Positions 21,862 to 29,690 are shown, counted from the stretch's first letter. The stretch is DNA of 32,000 nt from Kineococcus radiotolerans SRS30216 = ATCC BAA-149 (GCF_000017305.1 NC_009664.2:3480001-3512000), one strand, 5' to 3'. The notes: a model not told the origin generated them from the sequence alone. Made by a program: numbers and translations.

Positions 21862-23199
21862 ATGCCTCCGACGCCGGGCCCCGTGACCACCGCCGCCGGG
21901 GGTCCCCCCTCCCGCCCCCCCATGGGGTGGAACAGCTGGGACTGCTACGGCACCACCGTGACCGAGGAGGAGGTGCTCGCCAACGCCCGGTTCGTGGCCG
22001 AGCACCTCCTGGAGTTCGGCTGGGACACCGTCGTCGTCGACATCGACTGGTCCGACCCGACGGCGAAGGCCCACGGCTACAACGCGGGCGCCCCGCTGTG
22101 CCTGGACGAGCACGGCCGGCTGGTGCCCGACCCGGGCCGGTTCCCGAGCTCGGCGGGCGGGGCGGGGTTCGCCCCGCTCGCCGCGCAGGTCCACGCCCTC
22201 GGCCTGAGGTTCGGGATCCACGTCATGCGGGGGATCCCCCGCGCGGCCGTCGCCGCGGACACCCCCGTCCTCGGCGCCGGCGTCGGCGCCGCCGCGCTGG
22301 CCGACCGGACCAACGTCTGCGAGTGGAACCCCGACATGCTCGGCCTCGACCACTCCCACCCCGGCGCGCAGGCCTACTACGACTCGACGCTGGCCCTGTA
22401 CGCGCAGTGGGGCGTGGACTTCCTCAAGGCCGACGACATGCTGTGGCCCTACCAGGCGGCCGACGTCGAGGCGTACGCGCGCGCGATCGCCCGGTCGGGG
22501 CGCGAGATCCAGCTCAGCCTGTCACCCGGCCGGGACCTGTCCCTGTCCCGGCTGGCGCACCTGCGCGCGCACGCCACGACGTGGCGGATCTGCGACGACC
22601 TGTGGGACCGGTGGGAGGACGTCGAGGCGAACTTCGCCCGGTTCGCCCGCTGGGCCCCGCACGCCGGTCCGCAGGGCTGGCCGGACGGGGACATGCTGCC
22701 GCTGGGACGCATCGGCCTGCGCGCCGAGCGGGGCGAACCCCGCCACGACCGGCTGACCCCGGCCGAGCGCCGCACGCTGGTGACGCTGTGGGTCGTGGCC
22801 CGCTCGCCGCTGATGATCGGCGGGGACCTGCCCAGCTCCGACCCGGCGACGATCGCGCTGTTCACCAACGCCGACGTGCTCGCGGTGCTGGAGGCCACCG
22901 GCAACCGCGAGGTGTTGCGCGAGGGGCCGCTGGTGCTCTGGACCGCGCAGGGGGACGGCGTCGGCTACGTCGCCGCGTTCAACCTGGGGACGGAACCCCT
23001 CGCGGTCGCCCTGGACAGCCTCGACGTCGACCTGCCCGCGCGGCTGGGCCGGGTCGAGGAGCTCTGGACCGGGGAGGCGGTCACGACCTCCCCGGTCACC
23101 GCCCAGGAGGACGCCACCCGCGGCGTCGCCCCCGGCAGCACCGCGGTCCCGGTGACCATCGAGCCGCACGGTGCGGTCCTGCTGCGCCACACCCCCTGA
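21862..23199 (+). CDS. GH27 family alpha-galactosidase-like glycosidase
   Basis: PPMGWNSWDCYG is the hallmark N-terminal GH27 motif. VDFLKADDM is the nucleophile region. Confidence 0.85.
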   Translation: MPPTPGPVTTAAGGPPSRPPMGWNSWDCYGTTVTEEEVLANARFVAEHLLEFGWDTVVVDIDWSDPTAKAHGYNAGAPLCLDEHGRLVPDPGRFPSSAGGAGFAPLAAQVHALGLRFGIHVMRGIPRAAVAADTPVLGAGVGAAALADRTNVCEWNPDMLGLDHSHPGAQAYYDSTLALYAQWGVDFLKADDMLWPYQAADVEAYARAIARSGREIQLSLSPGRDLSLSRLAHLRAHATTWRICDDLWDRWEDVEANFARFARWAPHAGPQGWPDGDMLPLGRIGLRAERGEPRHDRLTPAERRTLVTLWVVARSPLMIGGDLPSSDPATIALFTNADVLAVLEATGNREVLREGPLVLWTAQGDGVGYVAAFNLGTEPLAVALDSLDVDLPARLGRVEELWTGEAVTTSPVTAQEDATRGVAPGSTAVPVTIEPHGAVLLRHTP

Positions 23200-23204
23200 C
23201 CGGG

Positions 23205-23236
23205 GTCGTCCCCTCCGCCGCGGCGGAGGGGACGAC
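23205..23236. terminator. Perfect 32-nt palindrome between convergent genes (bidirectional terminator candidate)
   Basis: GTCGTCCCCTCCGCCG/CGGCGGAGGGGACGAC gives a stem of about 14 bp. It lies 6 nt after the GH27 stop and 7 nt after the sfnB-like stop. Confidence 0.6.
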
Positions 23237-23242
23237 GGGCCC

Positions 23243-24457
23243 TCAGGTGTAGAGGGTGAAGCCCGGGTGGGCACCGGTGAGGAAGTGGTGGCCCACCTCG
23301 CGGGCCTTGTACTGCACCGGGTCGTGCAGGGTGTGGGTGCGGACGTTGCGCCAGAACCGGTCGAAGCCGTACCGGTTGCTCGTCGCCCGGGCCCCGGTCA
23401 CCTCGTAGATCGCCGAGGTCGCCTCGACGGCCAGGTCGGAGGACACGACCTTCAGCGCCGCGATCTCCTCGGCCACCTCGCCGCGTTCGGCCCAGGTGAG
23501 GTCCGGCCCGCGCTCGTGGGCCTGCGACAGCGACTCGCCCGCGCTGCGCCCCAGCGCCTCCGCCGCGCGCAGCCGGGCGACGAGACGGCCGTAGGTCGCC
23601 AGCACGTACGGGTCCTCGACGGCCTCCCGCACGTCGGAGAGCAGCCACGGCCGTGACGTGGTGCGGGTGTACTCCGCGGCCGTCTCCAGCGCCCCGCGCG
23701 TCACGCCGAGGTAGAAGTGCCCGAACGCGGCCTGGATGGCCGGGGTCACCAGCGAGCCGAACGCCCCGCTCTCCGACGCCGAACCGAGGACCGCGTCGGG
23801 GGTGATGCGGACGTCGTCGAAGCGGACGGAACCGCTGGCGGACAGCCGCTGCCCGAGGTTGTCCCAGTCGCCGCCCTTGACGAAGCCCGGCGCGTCGCGC
23901 GGCACGACGACCAGCAGGTCCTTCCCCGTGTCGTCGGCGACACCGCCGACCACGGTCACGTCCCCGACGCTGGCGCCGGTGGAGAAGCTCTTCGTGCCGC
24001 GCAGCAGGTAGCCGTCGCCGTCGCGGACGAGCTGCAGGTCGGGGTCGACGGGGTTCACCGAGTCCCCCCACAGCCACTGCCGCGCCGCGGAGGGGACGCC
24101 CCAGCGCCGGCGGCCCGCCTCGTCGGCGACCCAGACGAGGTTGTGGGCGTTGACGTAGTGGTAGGCCAGCAGCTGCGCGATCGACCCGTCGGCGCGCGCG
24201 ATCTCGCGCACGACGTCGAGGCCCACCGACCACGGCAGGCCGCCGCCCCCGACCTCCCGGGGCAGCAGGACGCCCGGCAGACCGGCCCCGCGCAGCAGCT
24301 CGGCCTCGGCGGAGGGTTCGGCGTTCGCGCGGTCGCGCTCCAGGGCGTCCAGCGCGAGGCGGTCCGCGACGCCGCGGGCGGCGTCGAGGACCTGCTCCGC
24401 GGTGGTCGCCGTCCCGGCGGTCGTCTCGATCTCGGTGGTGGTCACGGCTCTCCTCAC
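23243..24457 (-). CDS. SfnB/DszC-type sulfur-acquisition flavoprotein (acyl-CoA dehydrogenase fold)
   Basis: ACAD-fold body and a C-terminal FDRFWRNVRTHTLHDPVQYK signature typical of the SfnB/DszC group. GTG 24457 overlaps the upstream stop (GTGA). Alternative GTG 24445 is preceded by GAGGAG. Confidence 0.85.
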   Translation of the reverse strand: MRRAVTTTEIETTAGTATTAEQVLDAARGVADRLALDALERDRANAEPSAEAELLRGAGLPGVLLPREVGGGGLPWSVGLDVVREIARADGSIAQLLAYHYVNAHNLVWVADEAGRRRWGVPSAARQWLWGDSVNPVDPDLQLVRDGDGYLLRGTKSFSTGASVGDVTVVGGVADDTGKDLLVVVPRDAPGFVKGGDWDNLGQRLSASGSVRFDDVRITPDAVLGSASESGAFGSLVTPAIQAAFGHFYLGVTRGALETAAEYTRTTSRPWLLSDVREAVEDPYVLATYGRLVARLRAAEALGRSAGESLSQAHERGPDLTWAERGEVAEEIAALKVVSSDLAVEATSAIYEVTGARATSNRYGFDRFWRNVRTHTLHDPVQYKAREVGHHFLTGAHPGFTLYT

Positions 24458-25836
24458 ACCCGCTCGCGGTTCAGCTTGTGCGCGGCGGCGGGGTGGTCGT
24501 CGCGCACGTGGACCTGGCCCTTGCCGTAGATCGTCTCCCGCAGCGTCTCGCCCTCGTACTCGGTGGGGTAGACCCCGCGGCGCTGCAGCTCGGGGACGAC
24601 GAACTCGACGATGTCCTCGAAGGTGCCGGGGGTGATGGCGTAGGCGCAGTTGAACCCGTCGACGTCACCGACCTCCATCCACCGCTGCAGCTCGTCGGCC
24701 ACGGTGGTGGGGGAGCCGACGACCACCGCACCCATCCCGCCGATGCCGACCCAGTTCGCGATGTCGCGCGGGGTCCACTTCCGGTCCGGGTCGGCGGTGG
24801 AGAACGCCTCGACGGCGCTGCGCACGGCCTCGGTCTCGGCGTACTCCAGGGGCTCGTCCGGCGGGTAGCTGGAGAGGTCCAGCCCGCTCCAGCCGCCGTA
24901 GAGGTTCAGGGCGCCGTCGTAGCTGACGTGCTGCGCGTAGTCCTCGTACTTCGCCCGGGCCTCCTCGTCGGTGGCCGCGGTGATGATCGTGACCAGGGTG
25001 AAGACCTTGATGCTGCGCGGGTCGCGGCCGGCCTCGGCGGCCGCGGCGCGCAGCCGGTCCACCCAGGGCCGCATGACCTCCGGGCGGGTGGCGGTGTTGA
25101 AGACCGCCTCCCCGTGGCGGGCGGCGAAGGCGATGCCGCGCGGGGAGGCCCCGGCCTGGAAGATGACCGGCGTGCGCTGGGGGGAGGGAGCGGTCAGCCC
25201 GATGCCGGGGACGTCGAAGAACCGGCCGTGGTGCTCGATCGGGTGGACCTTCGCCGGGTCGGTGAACACCCCGGCCTCGGCGTCGCGGACGACGGCGTCG
25301 TCCTCCCAGGAACCCTCCCACAGCTTGTAGACGACCTCCATGAACTCCTCGCCGAGCTCGTACCGCTCGTCGTGGGAGATCTGCGTCGACAGGCCGAGGT
25401 TCCTCGCCGCGGACTCCAGGTAGCTGGTCACGACGTTCCAGCCGACGCGGCCGTTCGTGTAGTGGTCCAGCGTCGCCAGCTTGCGGGCGAAGGAGTAGGG
25501 CTGCTCGTAGGTCAGCGACACCGTGACCCCGAACCCGAGGTGCTCGGTCACCGCGCCCATCGCGGACACCGCGAGCAGCGGGTCGCCCACCGGCACCTGC
25601 GTCGACTCGCGCAGCGCCGTCTCCGGGCCCCCCTTGTAGACGTCGTAGACCCCGAGGACGTCGGCGATGAACAGCGAGTCGAACCGGCCCCGTTCCAGCA
25701 GCTTCGCCAGTCCGGTCCAGTACCGGATGTCGTCGAAGCGGTGCGACTCGTCGTCCGGGTGCCGCCACAAGCCCGGGGACTGGTGGCCGACGCACGTCAT
25801 GTCGAAGGCGTTGAGGTGGACCCTGCGGTCAGTCAC
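24454..25836 (-). CDS. NtaA/SnaA/DszA-family FMNH2-dependent (LLM class) monooxygenase
   Basis: N-terminal HLNAFDMTCVGHQSPGLWRHP is the family signature. 460 aa. I chose GTG 25836, 14 nt after the permease stop and preceded by GGGAG. The 687-aa track ORF extends through the permease gene. Confidence 0.9.
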   Translation of the reverse strand: MTDRRVHLNAFDMTCVGHQSPGLWRHPDDESHRFDDIRYWTGLAKLLERGRFDSLFIADVLGVYDVYKGGPETALRESTQVPVGDPLLAVSAMGAVTEHLGFGVTVSLTYEQPYSFARKLATLDHYTNGRVGWNVVTSYLESAARNLGLSTQISHDERYELGEEFMEVVYKLWEGSWEDDAVVRDAEAGVFTDPAKVHPIEHHGRFFDVPGIGLTAPSPQRTPVIFQAGASPRGIAFAARHGEAVFNTATRPEVMRPWVDRLRAAAAEAGRDPRSIKVFTLVTIITAATDEEARAKYEDYAQHVSYDGALNLYGGWSGLDLSSYPPDEPLEYAETEAVRSAVEAFSTADPDRKWTPRDIANWVGIGGMGAVVVGSPTTVADELQRWMEVGDVDGFNCAYAITPGTFEDIVEFVVPELQRRGVYPTEYEGETLRETIYGKGQVHVRDDHPAAAHKLNRERV

Positions 25837-25850
25837 GGAGATCTCCCGAA

Positions 25851-26669
25851 TCACTTGACGGCGCCGGCGGACAGGCCGCCGACCAGCCACTTCTGGGCCA
25901 CGACCGCGAGCACGTACATCGGGACGATCCCGACGAGCGATGCCGCGGCCTGCTGACCGAACTGCACGGTGCGGTCCCCCTGGAACAGCGACAACCCGAC
26001 CGGCAGGGTCTGGCTGGAGGTGCTCTGGGAGAACGACACCGCGAAGAGGAACTCGTTGTAGGACAGGAACAGGCAGATCAGCAGCGCGGCGACGAGACCG
26101 GGAGCCAGCAGCGGCAGCACCAGGCGGCGCAGGCCCTGGCTCGTCGACAACCCGTCGACCCAGCCGGCCTCCTCGATCTCCAGCGGGATGCGCCGGACGA
26201 AGCCGTCCAGCAACCACACCGCCACCGGCACGTTCGCCAGCCCGTTCACCAGGACCAGCCCGAGCGCGGAGTTCGTCAGGTCGGCCTGCTTGAGCAGGTA
26301 GTACAGCGGCAGGACCGCGACGATCGGCGGTGCGCAGTAGCTGGCCAGCAGCAGCGTCTGCAGGCGCTCCCCGCGGACCCCCGCGCGGGCGGTCACGTAG
26401 GCCGCCGGCACCGCGACGACCGAGGTGAGCAGGGTCGCGCCGATCGCGACGACCCAGGAGTTCACCAGCATCGTCGACAGCGGGACCGTCTCGAAGGCCC
26501 TCGCGAAGTTCGACCACACGAACGCGGTGGGCAGCCAGCCGCCGTTGGCGATGTCGTCGACGCTGCGCAGCGACAGCGACGCCATGAACAGCACGGGCAG
26601 CAGCGCCACGAACGCGACGAGCGCCAGGACCAGCCGCAGACCGCTGCGGCGCAGCGCCGTCGCGGTCAC
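25851..26669 (-). CDS. ABC transporter permease (MalG-like, CUT1 type)
   Basis: Six TM segments and EAA loop EEAGWVDGLSTSQGLRRLVLP. GTG 26669 overlaps the upstream stop (GTGA). Confidence 0.9.
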   Translation of the reverse strand: MTATALRRSGLRLVLALVAFVALLPVLFMASLSLRSVDDIANGGWLPTAFVWSNFARAFETVPLSTMLVNSWVVAIGATLLTSVVAVPAAYVTARAGVRGERLQTLLLASYCAPPIVAVLPLYYLLKQADLTNSALGLVLVNGLANVPVAVWLLDGFVRRIPLEIEEAGWVDGLSTSQGLRRLVLPLLAPGLVAALLICLFLSYNEFLFAVSFSQSTSSQTLPVGLSLFQGDRTVQFGQQAAASLVGIVPMYVLAVVAQKWLVGGLSAGAVK

Positions 26670-27616
26670 CGGTCCGCCCGCACGGCGCGTGCCCGCAGCA
26701 GCGTGACGACGGTGGTGAGGACGCCGACGACGAGACCGAAGACCAGGGTCTCCGCGGCGGCGGTGCCGATCTCGTAGCTGCCGCGCATGCCCGTCCGGAA
26801 GATCTCGAAGCTGCTGACGATGGTGGAGACCCCGGGGCCGCCCTGGGTGACGACCGTCACCAGGTCGAACACCTTCAGCCCGATGACCAGCTCCAGCAGC
26901 AGCACGGAGAGGACGTTGGGGGCCACGACCGGCCAGACCACCGAGGTGAACGTGCGCCACGGCCCGGCGCCGTCGAGCGCCGCGGCCTCGCGCAGTTCCT
27001 CGGGGACCCCGAGCAGGGCCGCGAACACCAGCAGCGTCACCAGCGGGGTCCACTGCCAGACGTGCATGACGACGAGCGCGCTGAACGCGCCCACGCCGTC
27101 GCCCAGCGGGTTCGCCCCCGGGAACCCGATCGCGGAGAACAACCCCCCGAACGCCCCGCCCACGGGGGCGAGCATGAGCTTCCACGCCACCCCGACCATG
27201 ACCGGCGGGGTGACCAGCGGCAGCAGCAGGATCGTCCCGACGACGCCGAAGCGGGTGCCGCGGGCGTGCAGCAGCAGGGCGAGGACCACGCCCAGCGCCG
27301 TCGCCGCCAGGGCCGCGACCACCGCGAACACCACCGAGCGGAGCAGGGAGCCGGCGAAGGCCAGCGACTCCCAGGCTTCGACGAAGTTGTCGGTCCCGGT
27401 GAACCGCTGCAGCGGCCGGGCCAGGGAGGACTTCGTGAACGCCAGCGCCACGACGAACACCGTCGGGTAGACGAGCATCAGCGCGAGCCCGGCCAGGCTC
27501 GGCGCGGCCAGCCACGTCGAGACGTGCCCGGGGCGGTGCCGGCCGGGCACGCCCCGGCGGGGACCGCCGCCGCGCTGGCGGGGCAGCGTCCCCCGGTCGT
27601 CGAGGACCTGGGTCAT
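26666..27616 (-). CDS. ABC transporter permease (MalF-like, CUT1 type)
   Basis: EAA loop EAAALDGAGPWRTFTSVVWP. ATG 27616 overlaps the SBP stop (ATGA). Confidence 0.9.
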   Translation of the reverse strand: MTQVLDDRGTLPRQRGGGPRRGVPGRHRPGHVSTWLAAPSLAGLALMLVYPTVFVVALAFTKSSLARPLQRFTGTDNFVEAWESLAFAGSLLRSVVFAVVAALAATALGVVLALLLHARGTRFGVVGTILLLPLVTPPVMVGVAWKLMLAPVGGAFGGLFSAIGFPGANPLGDGVGAFSALVVMHVWQWTPLVTLLVFAALLGVPEELREAAALDGAGPWRTFTSVVWPVVAPNVLSVLLLELVIGLKVFDLVTVVTQGGPGVSTIVSSFEIFRTGMRGSYEIGTAAAETLVFGLVVGVLTTVVTLLRARAVRADR

Positions 27617-28989
27617 CCGAGTTCCGCCTCCCAGCTCTCCGCCGCCTTGTCGAGCGCGGCCTGCGGGTCCTCGCTGCCCTGGATGGCCAGGGCGAGCTGG
27701 TCGACGAGGTCCTGCAGCGCCTTCGGCGCCCCGGCCTGGCTGGGCCACGCCAGCGGGTCGCCCTCCAGCCCCTCGCGGATGACGTCGGTGGCCTTCCCGG
27801 CGGCGGCGGCGTACTCCGCGGAGGCGAGGACGCTGGTGCGCGCGGGGTCGATGCCGGAGCCGGCGGTGGAGGCCAGCAGGAAGTTGCGGTCCTTGTCGGT
27901 GGCCCACTTCACGAAGGCCGCGGCCTTGTCCTGCTGCGCCGACGCGCTCGAGACGCCGAGGCCGAAGCCGGCGTCCAGGGCGCTGCGCGGGGTGGTGTTC
28001 GACCCGCCGACGGGGAGGGTGACGACACCCCACTTGTCGACGATCTTCGAGCTCGACGGGTCCTGCGCCTTCAGGCCGAGGTCGGTCCAGGTGTCCAGCA
28101 TCGCGCCCTGCCCGGAGAGGAAGGCCGAGTTGGCCTGGTCGAAGCCGGTCTGCAGCGGCGTCGGCAGGGCGTGCGGGGAGACGTCGACGAGGTGCTGCAG
28201 GGCGGCCAGGCCCTCCGCGCCGGCGAAGGCGGGCCGGCCGTCGGCGTCGACGAGGGTGCCGCCGTAGCCGGCGAGGCGGTTGATGAAGGAGCAGCCGAGG
28301 ATCATGGGGACCTGCTGGCCCTCGACGATGGCGCCGTAGACGCTGCCGCCGGAGTCCTGGGTGATCTTCGCGGCGGCGGCGTCGTACTCGTCCCACGTCG
28401 TCGGGGGCTGCACGCCGTACCGGTCGAAGACCTCGGCGTTGTAGTAGAGGACGTGGGTGTCGCCGTCGAAGGGCAGGCCGTAGCGCTTGCCGTCGAGCAG
28501 CGTGTAGGGGTCGTAGATCGAGGGCAGGAAGTCGTCGGTGGCGATGTCGGGGTTGGCGCCGATCCAGTCGGTCAGGTCGATCAGCGCGTCGGCGTTCACC
28601 AGCTCGCCCAGGCCGAAGTAGAAGTAGTCGAAGACGTCGAACTCGCCGTCGCCGCCCTGCACGTCCAGGATCTGCTTGCTCGTCAGCTGGTCGTAGGGGA
28701 TCGCGGTGACCTCGAGCTTCCCGCCGAACTCCGCCTCGAACCTCGGCCCCAGCAGGTCGGTGAAGGCCAGCACGTGCGGCTGGTTGACCATCAGCTTGAT
28801 CGTCGCGCCCTGCAGGTCGACGGCGGCGTCGGCGGCGAGGCCGGCGGTCGTCCCCCCGTCGCCGCAGGCGCCCAGGCCGCCGGTGGCGGCGAGGGCGCCG
28901 ACCCCCAGGGCGGAGGACAGGACCCGCCGGCGGGTCGCGGTCGGGCGGGCGTTCGCGGCGGGCAGGGGGGTGCGACGGGGCGCGGACAT
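27613..28989 (-). CDS. ABC transporter substrate-binding lipoprotein (family 1/CUT1 sugar-type), ligand unknown
   Basis: Tat-like TRRRVLSS and lipobox GGLGACGDG. Family-1 SBP body. SD GGAG lies 8 nt before ATG 28989. Confidence 0.9.
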   Translation of the reverse strand: MSAPRRTPLPAANARPTATRRRVLSSALGVGALAATGGLGACGDGGTTAGLAADAAVDLQGATIKLMVNQPHVLAFTDLLGPRFEAEFGGKLEVTAIPYDQLTSKQILDVQGGDGEFDVFDYFYFGLGELVNADALIDLTDWIGANPDIATDDFLPSIYDPYTLLDGKRYGLPFDGDTHVLYYNAEVFDRYGVQPPTTWDEYDAAAAKITQDSGGSVYGAIVEGQQVPMILGCSFINRLAGYGGTLVDADGRPAFAGAEGLAALQHLVDVSPHALPTPLQTGFDQANSAFLSGQGAMLDTWTDLGLKAQDPSSSKIVDKWGVVTLPVGGSNTTPRSALDAGFGLGVSSASAQQDKAAAFVKWATDKDRNFLLASTAGSGIDPARTSVLASAEYAAAAGKATDVIREGLEGDPLAWPSQAGAPKALQDLVDQLALAIQGSEDPQAALDKAAESWEAELG

Positions 28990-29070
28990 GGGTGTGCTCC
29001 GGGGGGTAGGCGGACGTCGGGGGTCCGTCGGGGTGCGCTGAGCGCGGGGGAGGGGTGGTGAGGGGTGCGG

Positions 29071-29095
29071 CGCGGACGGTCTCAGACCGTGCGCG
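29071..29095 (-). other. Stable hairpin in the leader between riboswitch copy 2 and the SBP gene
   Basis: ACGGTC/GACCGT (6 bp, 3-nt loop) is extended by CGCG/CGCG across one mismatch. On the RNA a C-rich tract follows it. Confidence 0.35.
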
Positions 29096-29210
29096 GCACC
29101 CCGCGGCGCACCGGTGCGCGGTCACCGCACCGCGCGGAGGCGGTGCGGGCGAGGTCGACGTGGCGGCGCCGGGTGAGCGGGAGCGGGGTAGGGCTGTGCA
29201 CTGCGTTCCT

Positions 29211-29294
29211 CCATCGCCCCTGGCGGGAGCACCTGCCGCTGCGCGGTGGTTGCTGTGGCGTCGTCGAGCCAGGTCTCTCGGCCACTCTGGATGG
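29211..29294 (-). promoter_or_regulatory. SAM riboswitch aptamer (SAM-I/SAM-IV clan, with no internal P4), copy 2
   Basis: The minus strand reads CCATCCAGAGTGGCCGAGAGACCTGGCTCGACGACGCCACAGCAACC-P3(CCGC GCA GCGG)-AGGTGCTCCCGCCAGGGGCGATGG. It matches copy 1 at 44 of the first 47 nt, including a compensatory C-G to U-A change in P2. The same CCTGG/CCAGG pseudoknot potential is present. Confidence 0.85.
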
Positions 29295-29304
29295 TGTTGC
29301 CGGG

Positions 29305-29310
29305 AGCGTA
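29305..29310 (-). promoter_or_regulatory. Candidate -10 box TACGCT for the riboswitch copy 2 transcript
   Basis: The same CTACGCT heptamer as upstream of copy 1, ending 10 nt before P1. Confidence 0.35.
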
Positions 29311-29690
29311 GCGGACGCCCCGCTCCGGCCGCGACCTCCTCGGGGCGTCGGCGTCCCGGTGCGCCGGGACGGGCGGAGCGGGCTGTGCCACACTGTCAGT
29401 GGTCGAGCGTTCCCCACACCGGGCGCCCGGCCCGCCGTCGAGACCGCCGCCCTGCGCGCGGGTCCCGGGCAGCGCCGCGGTCCAGTGGAAGGACCTCGCA
29501 GGCGCCCCGGCCCACGCGCTGGACGTCGACCGCCGGCGGCACGAGCGGAGGCCCGCGACGAGCGCGGGCACGCTGGTGCACCGAGGACTTCCGTCGGGTG
29601 CGGGACGACCCACCCGGCGATTCCGACCAGGACGCTCGCGCGACCGTGGGTTCACCGGTGGAGCGGTCGTCGCGGGCGAGCGGAGCACCC

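Noticed and set aside
29082-29201. The 39-codon ORF after riboswitch copy 2, considered as a genuine protein-coding gene.
   Set aside because: It has no recognisable domain, an Arg/Pro-rich composition like the spurious ORFs, and lies inside a larger artefactual ORF (29082-29417). I keep it only as a possible regulatory leader ORF (see findings).
29314-29349. 9-bp inverted repeat GACGCCCCG...CGGGGCGTC upstream of riboswitch copy 2, considered as a specific operator.
   Set aside because: The arms are 18 nt apart, and short G/C-only complements like this are expected by chance at this GC content. There is no second copy upstream of riboswitch copy 1.
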